Shown: positions 45,426-57,200 of the stretch, piece by piece
How positions within the stretch are numbered: position 1 is the first letter of the stretch
Layout of the letters: the number at the start of each line of letters is the position of its first letter
Assembly (NCBI GenBank): GCA_964187785.1
Contig: OZ076417.1
Coordinates: forward strand, 36,022,001 to 36,086,000
DNA length: 64,000 nucleotides
Direction: 5' to 3'
Source: Amphiscolops sp. MND2022
Taxonomy: Eukaryota
Position numbers and translations under genes: made by a program
Notes under the pieces: generated by a model
Database searches by the model: none
What the model was told of the DNA's origin: nothing
Seen by the model: the letters and a program-made list of their open reading frames with translations, nothing else

Positions 45426-46270
45426 TGTGTTTTGTTGATGGGAGAAGTTTGATGATTTTCATGTCTTTGTGGAATTATAATTGAGCTTCTTGAAATATGT
45501 CTTCTTTTTGGCGCGTTTGATTTATTAACAAATGAAAATCAGAAGTTTGGGGCCTGCATGTCTGAGTAACCGGAGCATATTTTGTATCTGGTTTGACTGA
45601 AAGCTTTCATGAAAATTCAGCAGCATATTTGAATATACACAGGGTTGACGAAAAAAATGTTTTGAAACTTTTAAACTCACGTTAGATCGAACACTCGACT
45701 TCAGCAATTGAATACAAAATGTAAGTTTTCGAGTTGAAACCATGGCCGATAGTTTTATTTTTATCCACGAAACAGGCAATCTGATGAGTGCCTGGTATTA
45801 TGGGAATTTAACGTTGAATCGACAGTTTTAAACATTTATATTTTAAAGTTCGAATTAATTGAAGCTTTCAATGACTCCATTCGGCCAAATAGTAAATTAC
45901 AGAGTTCTAAGCAATACAAGGGGATTTATCAAGAGTTTATATAGAGTTTATATAGGTATAAATATCAGACGAAGCGAGAAGAAGTATCTCTGTGAAAGGA
46001 ACAAAACATCTGTTCCAGTTAATCCTGAATCTTGAATGATTTTTTGCAAAAAAATGTGCGTCTTGAATGCGAAACGCAATTTTTAACCAGGACTTGGCGT
46101 CGAGACAATAGACTTCAGAGTTTGTCTAAGTATGCAAAATTGAAATTTAAGGAATGATCAAAACTTATTGTTACTTCTGACACCGCAGAATGAACCGAAA
46201 CATGTGGTTGTGTCATTGTCAATTAATATTTTTGAGACCATGTTGCCAGTTCCAGATAGTCCATGATGTC

Positions 46271-46594
46271 ATGGGTCGCATTAACTGGAATAAACATTTG
46301 CGGGGAGGAATCCCTCTGGTAACTGTCACTGCAGTCTGTGGCTGGTTTCTCCATCACGTCATTGACGGTCGCATTTCCGCTAAAAAGCAGAGCAGAGTTA
46401 TCGACTCAATTGGATTCAAAATAGATCAAGATCGCAATCTTGCCCGAACTCGGTCTTCAGACGAAGACCCTGTTGTCACTGAACAGTTGAAGAAACTAAG
46501 AAAAGCGGCCAAAGCAGCTGAGAAGGCTAACCTTGACGGATCTAACGATTACGAGTTGAAACCGGTCCCTAAACCTCCTTCCTGGTACAACTAA
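46271..46594 (+). CDS. COX16: COX16-like cytochrome c oxidase assembly factor (107 aa)
   Basis: GIPLVTVTAVCGWFL transmembrane segment, EQLKKL coiled stretch, and DYELKPVPKP C-terminal motif; size fits the family. The start could instead be 46190. Confidence 0.55.
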   Translation: MGRINWNKHLRGGIPLVTVTAVCGWFLHHVIDGRISAKKQSRVIDSIGFKIDQDRNLARTRSSDEDPVVTEQLKKLRKAAKAAEKANLDGSNDYELKPVPKPPSWYN

Positions 46595-46637
46595 ACTACT
46601 ACTTAGAATATTCATCAACATCTGTGCAGATTCCTCG

Positions 46638-47735
46638 ATGGATGTTCTAGAACCCGAATTGCTATTTTTGCCCAATGGTATCACATACCGCGTGAACCCG
46701 AGCACTGATCCTTTGATAAACATTAAACAAGATGAGATTCCCAATTACGAAACTTCTCGTTTTGTGCGCTATGATGAAGATTTTCCTTCATGTAGTGGAC
46801 CCGTTCTGAAACAAACTATAGAGTGTCCGTCACTGTTGTTGAAATACGTCATAGGAAAAGGTGGTGAAAAGAAGAAGCAAATAGAACAAGAAACTCATAC
46901 AAGAATTATCATACCTGACAAAAAGACTCCTAATAAGCCCATCCTCGTGGAAGCGCTGTCTAGTGTGGAACAATTGAGTTCTGCACTCACTAGAATTCAG
47001 ATGATAATTGACAGTGGACGGGAAAAAGAACCTTTCACTCATTTTGTATCGATTCCAATATCATCCGAAGAAATCAGTCGGAATTTTGCGAACTTTAAAG
47101 ACTCCATTCTCTCAACGGGGTTTTGTCAGTCTCAAAGAATCAGCCAAGCTCTGTTTCAAAATGAGTTCAAGTTACATATAACAATTGCAACTCTGGCGTT
47201 ATTGAGCAAAAATGAAGTCGACGATGCATGCGAGATTCTGAAAAGCTTGGAAATGCCTTTGAAAGATATCTGTGATTCCCAAGAGCTGAAATTTGAGCTT
47301 TCTGGTTTAGAAATCATGAATGATGACCCGACTGCTGTTGACGTTCTCTATGCTAAAGTGAGCCAGGAAAATTCAGAAGTTTTACAGATCATGATAGATT
47401 TCATCTACGAAAGATTTGCTAGTAGTGGCTATTTACAAAAATCATTTGGACGTGACTCAGTCAAAATGCATGTGACGTTGATGAACAAAAGATTTGGGCA
47501 GGATTCGTCAATGAATACCTCGAATGAATCAACAACCCAATTGCGCAACAATAGAACATCGGAACAAGAAGAGGGCTCATTAGACCGAACATTCGATGCT
47601 AGAGGAATATTAAATCAGTTTTCGGACTTTCAGTTTGGTACTTTTGCTGCTGACAAAATTCATTTATCACAACGTTATTCTACTGATTGTAAAACTGGCT
47701 TTTATGCACATAGCTATATTCTTGATCTTTCATAA
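46638..47735 (+). CDS. ASCC1: Activating signal cointegrator 1 complex subunit 1 (KH + 2H phosphoesterase), intronless, 365 aa
   Basis: N-terminus MDVLEPEL..YRVNP; KH loop VIGKGG; FTHFVSIP; two HxT motifs (KLHITI, KMHVTL). Confidence 0.93.
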   Translation: MDVLEPELLFLPNGITYRVNPSTDPLINIKQDEIPNYETSRFVRYDEDFPSCSGPVLKQTIECPSLLLKYVIGKGGEKKKQIEQETHTRIIIPDKKTPNKPILVEALSSVEQLSSALTRIQMIIDSGREKEPFTHFVSIPISSEEISRNFANFKDSILSTGFCQSQRISQALFQNEFKLHITIATLALLSKNEVDDACEILKSLEMPLKDICDSQELKFELSGLEIMNDDPTAVDVLYAKVSQENSEVLQIMIDFIYERFASSGYLQKSFGRDSVKMHVTLMNKRFGQDSSMNTSNESTTQLRNNRTSEQEEGSLDRTFDARGILNQFSDFQFGTFAADKIHLSQRYSTDCKTGFYAHSYILDLS

Positions 47736-48154
47736 CGTTTTACAGAATTTATACAAACTTGAAAATCTTTATAAAGGTTTCGCCAAATTTAGCTGTGAGT
47801 CATTCGGTGGAATTGAAAATTGAACCTAGGACTATGAGAAGGTAAATTTTCTGTCTAAACAAGACTTAGTTCTCTGAGAGTTTCTAAAGCCTTGTCGTAA
47901 AGGTTAACATTATCATATTGCTTAGTTTTAAACAAACCACGCTTCGAATTAAACAACAGACTTCGAATTTGAATCATCCCAAGTGAAATATCATTATTAG
48001 ACGTCACAATCTCACTAAAATATTCGCAGGGAAGATAAGATTCGCTCACTAAAGATCTCCCGAGGGGTGCCAATGGTTGATGCTTGAGATCGCTCTGGTT
48101 TCAGTGTGATGATTCGGGCTTACTGACTATTCCTTGGGAACTTTCTTTTTCGCA

Positions 48155-49012
48155 ATGTCTGTTGATGAAGCGGAAAAGGCATATTGTTTTGAAAAGAAAT
48201 TGGAGTGTCCCCGTGTTCTGGTGAAATATATCATTGGTCTGTGTGGAGAAATGAAGTTTGAAATTGAACGCGAAACTCAAACCAAAATAATCACCCACGG
48301 TCTGGAAAACGATGATGATACTGTTACTGTTAAGGCTTATACGAAAGAACAACTAGAAGCTTCTGTTGAAAGAGTTCGTTGGTGTATAAATCATGGGAGG
48401 AATCGGCAGCCCTATACCCATGTTATAGCTATTCCCGTGGCGAATCAAGAGATATGCAGTAATTATCAACATTTTAAGACATGTATGTTGGAAAATGGGT
48501 CAAGTTCCGATTCCAGTAGTCTGAATTTGTTCGAAGATGAACCGAATCTGAACCTTTCTCTACTCAATTTGATTCTTTTGAATGAAAAAGAAGTACAAAA
48601 TGCATGTCAGATTCTAACAGAATCCAGGGAAGATTTTAGCGGAGCGTGTAAGGAACTAAAGTTTACACTGGCTGGTGTGTCCACAGATGTCATCAATTTT
48701 GAGAATCAAGCTGCTATCTTCACGAAAGTTCATCAACATGTTCCTGATTCGCTCCAAGTATTGCGAGATATGATTCGTGAGAAATTCAGAGAAAGCGGAT
48801 TTTGTGGGCTAGTTGCTACGGAATATGGATCACATGTTACCCTTCCCTTGAACTCAGGACTTTCGGGAAGCGGAGATAGGTCTGAAATTGACATGAAACT
48901 TGAGAGAAATGATCTAAAGAACTATCATTTTGGAGAATTCGTGGTTGAAAAATTTTCTTTGATGGAAAGAAGTCAGAATTATAACGTACTAACATTACCA
49001 ATTATTATCTAA
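48155..49012 (+). CDS. Divergent ASCC1 tandem paralog (285 aa)
   Basis: Colinear with ASCC1 (ECPRVLVKYIIGLCG, ERETQTKII, PYTHVIAIP, SHVTL); lacks the N-terminal segment and the first HxT motif. Confidence 0.8.
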   Translation: MSVDEAEKAYCFEKKLECPRVLVKYIIGLCGEMKFEIERETQTKIITHGLENDDDTVTVKAYTKEQLEASVERVRWCINHGRNRQPYTHVIAIPVANQEICSNYQHFKTCMLENGSSSDSSSLNLFEDEPNLNLSLLNLILLNEKEVQNACQILTESREDFSGACKELKFTLAGVSTDVINFENQAAIFTKVHQHVPDSLQVLRDMIREKFRESGFCGLVATEYGSHVTLPLNSGLSGSGDRSEIDMKLERNDLKNYHFGEFVVEKFSLMERSQNYNVLTLPIII

Positions 49013-49482
49013 AAATTGAAAATTTCTATTTCCGAGAGTTTTGAAATGTGAACTCCAGTTGACTGCTTCAGATTCATTGAATTTATGAAAAATGTTTCAT
49101 TTTTTGTAGCAATTAACATCTAATTATTTTATTGGTACTTTGTATTGATTTTGGATCTCAGGTAGCTTTATTTAATGGAAGAACTTGAATGAAGTCTTTC
49201 AAAAGATTCGCTTTAATTTTCATTTCTACACATTTTCATTGTAGTGTTTTTTGTTTTCTTAGACTTGGATGAACCTCATTGGAAATTGTCAACTTTTTGA
49301 AAATCGCCAGTAGTTGTAGTAGAAATGAATTAGGCCATACTCTGTAAAACAAGTTGATAGCGCCATTTTCGAAAAACGCCATAAAGTGCCTCATCTCTAA
49401 AGTTGTAGTAGTGGTAATAGTAGTGAAAATACTCAATTCCATTTTAAAGGGGCATTAACAAAACTATGGCATCAGAATGATT

Positions 49483-50870
49483 TTAAAAGGTTTCTAGTCG
49501 GAAGGTCCGAAGGTTCTTCTTGAACTTCTCCAAGTTCCTCATGAAGTCTATGGCGTCAAGTTGTAGTAGGTTATTGGCAATTCTAGAAGCTCTGCAGAAT
49601 TTCTCACGTGACTTCAAATTGTTGCGTTCCTCAATCCTGAAAGGAGAGACAGAGCAAGAACCGATACTGTAAGGAGTTGAGTAAACCTTAGAACATTCAA
49701 CTTTGTGGTTGACAATTTTCCAGAGTAGAACTTGGTCAAAGTATGTAAACATGTAGGATATCGGTAATAATCCCAATGGGATAAGAATTTTTGTGTAATC
49801 AGTTTCGTTTGGACTGTAGATCCATGTGACACATTTGCGCTGTAATTTTTCCGTGAAAATAATTTTTCCGTATAGCAATATAGAAAAGTTCCAAGAATTA
49901 GAGGTCTGTAAAGATACAATTTTGTAGAGCTGGGAATAGAGAAATGGAGATTGCGTTTTATCTGCTAAATAGCTTGAGACATTTGTCAATTTGTTGGTTG
50001 ATATGAGGTTCCCAAGTCATAGTTGTAGTCAAGATAATACCGAGATCTCTGAAGTTACCTGCCTCTTCGAGAATGATATCACCAAGAAGTAATGTATCAT
50101 CAAATAATCGGTTAAAAGGAAGTACTTTTAATTTGCTTTAATGGAATTCAAGGCAATTTAAACTAGACCAATTCATAAGTTCAAGATTTTGTCGGATATT
50201 GTCCACTGCGGCACTAGAAGGTAATTTAAGATCACCAGCGTAGAGAAAATAATGGCGGAAATTGAACTTTTCCTCAACATCATATAATAAGAAAAGGAGT
50301 GGACCGAGTACACTTCCCTGCGGTACTCCAGAGGTAACGCATTGAATTCTGTTAGTTAGAACCAAGTAGTTGAAGGAAGCAATTGTCAAGATTGTAGACA
50401 GTTTGAAGTTTGGTCATTCAGTAAATTATTATGCGGAACACTATCAAAAGCTTTACGCAAGTCAAGATAGATGGATAAGTAAAACTCATCTTAGTACTGA
50501 TACTAGAGATCGACATAGTCGAGAAGTTGCACCAGTGTGCTTCTACCACGAACGAAACCATGTTGATATCGTGATCTGAGATGTCGGACCTTATCGTAAT
50601 AATACGTGAATATGATTCGTTCGAAAAAAGTGACAATTTAGGGAGGATGCTAATGGGACGGTAGTTGTCAACATGATGCTGCGAATCAGATTTATAAATA
50701 GGTGTAACCCAGGACTCTCCAATTATCTGCCCATTGTTTCAAATGAAGAATACCCAAGAACAAATAATGCACCAAAAGAGCGAGGATTTCTCGTAGATCC
50801 CAGAAACGCCAGTTCACCCAAGACCAAGTCCTCTATGAGCGCAATTGTCGAAAAGTGCAGGCTTTCAATA
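49483..50870 (-). mobile_element. Degenerate LINE reverse-transcriptase remnant
   Basis: NYRPISILPKL, LDLRKAFDSVPH (~50430-50466), GVPQGSVLGPLLFLLY, YAGDLKL (decayed YADD); multiple frameshifts. Confidence 0.9.
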
Positions 50871-51215
50871 ATTTGACGACGAGCAACATAGTTGCGATAT
50901 CTAATTTCCTACATTTTCTTCGCGATTCGTTTTTTCAAGTTTAAAAATTGATCATGGTTTTTTCCGTCCCAATGAATAGTCAAGATAAATGTCCGCGGTA
51001 TTTTTTGTCATTCAAACGTACGACATCGTCGTACTTGACTTATTTCTGTCGCAGCTCTACTGCTGGACTCTACTGCTGTGGATTTCCTGAATGTTACCTA
51101 TTGGTCGCAGTCCCCGGTTGTGTGCCATATCCAATCTGTTGCCAATTAAGTCTTGCCATCGAAATTTTCCAGCAATGGCGAGTCACTACTTCAAAAGATT
51201 GTTTCAGGGTTGTCT

Positions 51216-54200
51216 ATGGCCCCACCCTCTCTTCAACAATGTGGTGTGCCTGCTTCCGTGGTACATTCTGGAAGTGTGACCAGTGCACCGGCTGTTGAAC
51301 AGTTTCTCCACCGGATATTCTCTCCGCCTCCTAGTTCCGTCTACCATCATTTATCAAGCTCGGCCCCGAGCTGCAGCAGCACCAACAAAAGATTAACACT
51401 AGAAACTTTGGAAAATTTTATTGAATGTAGCCTCAAATCGGAAAATGATTCTGAAAGCGAACATATCGCTGAAGATGAAAACGATGGCCGAATCCTCAAT
51501 GGCGACGAGCGGTGTAGCCATGGGATGGTACTCTTAGATAGGAAACTCACGCATGGGAATTTTTTCTTCGAATATGATCAGCTAGGCGTGACTAGCCTTT
51601 CTAATTTTTCAACCATCACTGCCAACGCCTGTGTTTATAAAGGCAAATGGGTGTACGAGGTCATGCTGGGCTCAAAGGGGTTGATGCAGATTGGGTGGTG
51701 CACCACTCAGTGTACTTTCTCGCCCCAAGAGGGAGTTGGTCAGGGATTATCTTAATTGTTTAAGATCCAAATACAATCAATTCGGATACTATAGAATCGA
51801 TGTGCGCAAATCTTTCCCCAATTATGACCAAAATTTGTTATACGTAACTGCATTGATGTTTTGTTCAAGATGATTTTTCTTGCATTTTTAGCGTGACTTC
51901 CTGTGTTTTTTTGCTTAAGAATTTCTGAGAACTCATATTGAATGTATATATTCCCCGTTAATATTTTACTACTTTTACCTGATTCAAGCTCTTACTCTGG
52001 TAACTAAAGGCAACGTAGGGAAGACCGTCGATATCTAGAAGTAAACTGGATAATTTGAATATAGGAAGGCATAGTTAATGGACAATAGAATGATAAACGT
52101 CTAGTCCTTTTTGGTGGTACGAATAACTCATCCAACTATCAACTCTTGGTAATAATCATCGATAATCCCTGATGTAGGTGACACACCTAATTCGTACGCC
52201 TACGATGGTAATCGAACTCGAAAGTGGAACATGAACACCCAGAAGTACGGAGAGGCCTGGAGCTCTGGTGACGTCATTTCCTGCACCATCGACTGCGACG
52301 AAGCCACCATAGGTAGCAGTGCCAGCAATATGATAAAATTTGATCGAGAGTTTGACTTGTGAAAGATGTCGTGTAGACAGAAAATGCAAAAAAAGTAAAA
52401 GCAATGACGTCGGCAAAACTTTGGTTACTCAATTTTTAGAACATACTTGAGTTTTCTATGTTCATGGCATTCTGAAGTGCTGCCATAAAACAGAAACAGA
52501 CGTCCTATACGATCATTGTGAAGATCGATATCAACAGAAATGTTTTTTCTTGTGGATTTTGTTAACATGAAGGCTTGTCCTCTACTGGACATGCCAATTC
52601 AGTTGAGCTGCCTGTAAAATTCGGCAAACGGTTTCTAGCTACAGCCGAGAAGTTTCATTTGGGAATAAACTTCAATTTGCTGGCACTTTCAAATTCCTAG
52701 GTTTCTACCGCAATGGCAACTTCCTGGGCATTGCTTATGATAACATTACTCTTGGCCCTGGGTTCGCGTACTTGCCCGCAATTTCTCTTTCTGTTCACGA
52801 ATCTGTACGACTCAATTTTGGCTCAAGTCCTCTTCGCTACCCCATAGAAGGATATCGTCCTATACAAGTTGGTTTTTGACATATGCGCTATTATTTGATT
52901 AGATTTTTTTCTTTAGCTTACTGAAATTCAATTTGAAAAGTTCGGAACTTCAGTTTATACAAATCATCTTTCAGTGAATGAGTAAAGAGACCAGTCATGT
53001 ACCTGACATTTCAAAGGGGAACTTTCCATGGTTGCATAAAATATCGAACTTTGAATAATGAATCTCTCACACCTTTGTTTTTGTTTTCGACCTAATTGTT
53101 GTTTTGTTCTTTGCATTTGATCAAGTTTACCCATCAACATCGGGTTTCTTAAACTAAGCATTGAATTAACATCCGAAACATCAGTTTTTGCAACAACAGA
53201 AGCGAACCAAAAGACTTATCAAAAGTCAGGACTCGTTAGCGATGGGAAAAAGAAGGTTCACGATTAGATTCCAAGCTGTTTTCATGTTTTTGCCAATAGA
53301 CTTCAATCGAAACTCTCATACATTTTGTTTCGGTCCTTTTTTAACGATGTTTTAAATTATTCAGATGGAAATAAAGGGAAAACTACACTGATTTTAACTT
53401 TATGCTGTTCCTGCTTACAATCAATCCTGGCCATCTCTCGTTTTTTTTTCAGGATCCGCCCTACCTGCAGCTCCAGCAGGCCTCGCAGCTGTCGAAGTAC
53501 CTCGAGCGGTTATTAACTTGTATGACGTCACAATCAGGAGGGGCCTCTTCGCTTCAGGGCGAGTTCGATCTGCTCAAGGACAGCGAGAGTGTCAAGATCA
53601 TTGTGGCCAGTCAGATATTTGACAAATTGGCTCCGCTCTTCTACAGGTACAGTTAACAGACAATGGAGGTTTTGATATTGTTGAGGCTTGTCAGGAAAAG
53701 TTTTATTGAGAGTACAGCTTTCGGGTGCTTTTTGTTCTATTAGGAAGCAGTTTGAACAACAATTGGTGATATTATTTTGACAGAAAGCGAGTATTGAGTG
53801 AGAAGCTTGATGGGTTTTCAAAGGACTGAATATATTCGAGTGAATGAACTTCATTTAAATATTCTTTATGATTTATGTTTAGCACCGATCAATGGGTTGA
53901 TAATTTATTTTGACTTACACTGAGTATACGTCGTAGTTCAAGTTAGCAAGCAAATAGTCCACTAGATTTTATAGAGTTCATCAGTTCCTCATAGTCTTCT
54001 TTCTGGGTGCCCAGTTTTGGCAGTGAAAAAATGAGCGGGTGGGAGTTTCTTCTGGTTTGTTCCAAGACACATCGGACTTGCGGTTGAACTTCTATTGTGA
54101 GCTAAGTTATCAAAGATAGGTTTATGACCTTTGGTAATTCACGGGCAGTCCTCATAAACTTTTTTGAAGCAATTTTCGATTTTGTTGAAAAGTACTGTAG

Positions 54201-57200
54201 GTACAATATTCTGGCCTCTTCCTAAATCCGTATATTACCATCTGGAATTCCATTGTCTACGTGGTTCTGGCAGATAAAATTATTTAGCTTGGAGGATCAG
54301 TTAATTGTAACGTCTTCTTGTATAACTTTGAGGGTGTTTCTGTGGATAGCCAGGGAAGTCGATGATTGTTTGTTTGAGGTCCAATGAAAAGCATCTCTCT
54401 TGTAAAAGATTGGTGAAAAAGCAGCTACATTGTAACAACCGTTATCGATTGGTGTGTTCCCAGTATGACCGTGTGAGAAAGCACTGCAAGTTTTCTAGCG
54501 GTCTCCTATTTTGGTTCGATCGTATTTACCCAGAATAAAACAGTTTCTGCCAGGGTGTCATACAAGACTGTTGGTTTTTCGGGATAGACCCCATTTAACA
54601 GTGCATTGTATTCTCGACTCTCCATTTGTTTTTGCAGTGGGCAGCTAATGTTTCGGCTGGTTGATTGACTGTACTTGCATCAACAACCATCAAACCGAGA
54701 GCTTTAATTTGTTGACCACTTTGCATTTTCAACTTCCAGTGTATGGTAGTCCATCGTTTTATGGGCTTTGTCTCCGTTTATTTGAATTCTCCAAGTACTG
54801 CACCATTTTCCGACAGAGGTCAAGTTTTTGACGTGAGAAGAATTGTATCTTTCAGCTCAGAATCATCAGCATATGTGATTTTGATACCAGTAGTATTGTT
54901 CAGCTTCTTTAGTATAAAATATAAACAAATAGGATGACTGCACACTGCCTTGCGGAACACCTTGTTTCCGCTCGACGTGAAGACTAAGCAGGCTATCAAG
55001 TAGTTTTCTGACTCAAAAATTTGTGAGAAACGTACAGAACGAGTTCGAGGATAAATTCACGAATTCCTGCTTCCCAAAGTTTCAACTGTAAAACATTATG
55101 CCGGGTATTATCGAACGCATTTTCAAGGTCTAGATTTGGTTTTCAAGTTTCCGTTGGTAATCTCAGACTACGTCTTCATTATAAAAAGTTATCCCATTGT
55201 GTTCTTCTCCATAAAAAACTTTTACTGTTTAAGGTAATAGTTCTGTCGCAATTGATTGGAATTTTTCTGAAAAAAAACGTTCCTAGATAGCTGTTGATTA
55301 ATATTGAACTGTAGACTTGAAGGTTCTCTGTAGTCAGGTTTCAATATAAGGTTCGTTCAAAATACGAGGATTTCACGTCGTGGCCAGCAAGCATAATTAA
55401 GTTCTCTGTTGGATATGCTTCTAGGATTCATTGTTTTTTTGCGGTTTAAGAAATTCACAGAACCTCAGAGCGATAAGTTGGCGTTGATGAATCAGTTATA
55501 CGAAACTGCGCGTCGATTTGTTATAACTGGAGTTCATGGTACCCGTCTGTTAGATAGTTTTTTGAATGTTGAATCCCTCGAAATGAGGAAAAGGAAGGAA
55601 CTTCGATGGAAATCGCGTTGTTATAGACATTTCTAAAGTTGAATGTTTTTATCTACCTTTGAAAATTGTCTGAGGTTGGACCCAATATTTATAATCCATT
55701 TGTTATTGATAGCCTCTAGCTTAGTAATGTTTTTTTTTCATGAACTGTGTGATTAGTTGCTCAACCTAGTTGATGGCTACAGAATATGTTTTTTGTTCCA
55801 AAGAAAATTACAATTGGAAAAAATATATAAACCGCTTTTGGTCTCGTGAATTGTGTTTCGGAATTGATTTCATGTTTTGCTTTGTTTTCAGTGTGTACGT
55901 AACAGAAGCGGTGCTGCTGAAACTGCTGCTGAAGTTCTGCAACACGAGTAGACACACAGCGAAGCAGCCGTTCGTGGACAAGATGTTGACCCTCATGTGG
56001 ACTTGTCTGGAGGAGGAAGAGATAACTGTCGCCCTCAAGAACCTCTTCCTCATGATCCTCACTTCCTACAGATTCTCACAGGTTACACGCCTACCTTCAT
56101 GATTCCTTTTATTATCACATCTTATCCTTTTCGTTCAACTTGTACAGTGTGCGCCGGTTATAAGGTCAGCGGATACAAAGTCGAGTCGTTGCTTTCAATG
56201 TCAACAATGTTTTGTCGCTATGTTGAGAATTATGTTCATAACGTGCTTCGGATATAACAACGTCATTTCGACCCTTCCTGGGCCGTTCTTATATCCACAT
56301 CATGTTGTATTTAGAAATGCAGTGTAAATTCGAATATAACAAAAGCATATGGCGTGTCGGAATGATCACAAGCCGCTTAATTTTATAAGTGGTGACAGAA
56401 GCGGTTGGCTTACATTGTGGTCTTTCTGTACATTTCCAACTTGGCTCTCGGGTAGTGATTCGATTGCCAACGTTTTTGCCCCTTATTGGAGTACCGCTTC
56501 GTAGTGATGTAGCTTAGGAAATGAGCGTTTGTGGAGAAAATCTCACTATGTGGGGAGCTAAAATTGGCGAAGTTTAATTTCGCTATCTCTATCAGAAGTG
56601 GTTTTCGCCCAATATTTACGATTTTACTTGAAACTGAACTGCTCAAAATAGTACCTGCCCTGGCGACTCATTTCCCAGGGTAGGGGGAGTAATTAACAGA
56701 AAAGACCCAAACACAATTTTGACTTTTGGCCCAATGAGGGCATTCCGATCGCCTGTTAAAATTAACTGCACATACCTCTGACGTCGCTGTTCAGAACAGT
56801 GCTGTTACCATATGCGGGTCGATTGAATAATGTTGTTTTAGGTGACTGTGGATCTGAAAAACCAGCTCACCTATCTAGTTCTGCTGCTGTCCCTCCTACG
56901 TCACGAGAGAACCAGGCATGGGTTCATGATCCACTTAATACTAAGTTATATATATGAAGAGTGCAAAAATTTTAGTTTTCAAGAGTCTCGGTAAATAACG
57001 AGAAAGCAGCTTCAATACATTATCTCGACATGGTTTGTGCTGAATTTTGGGCCCATGGAATAACTGATGTCACATAATTTTATTTTTTTGCATTGTCATT
57101 TTTGAATCGTTTTTTTTTCTATCTGTATGACGGAGTGGAAACTTCGTTCTATGTTTTGAAAATATGGGCTTTTTTACACATTTCTGAAATTGTTATACGC

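Noticed and set aside
53880-54800. LINE endonuclease remnant in RNF123 intron 4
   Set aside because: Only weak, frame-broken resemblance; no diagnostic motif could be read.
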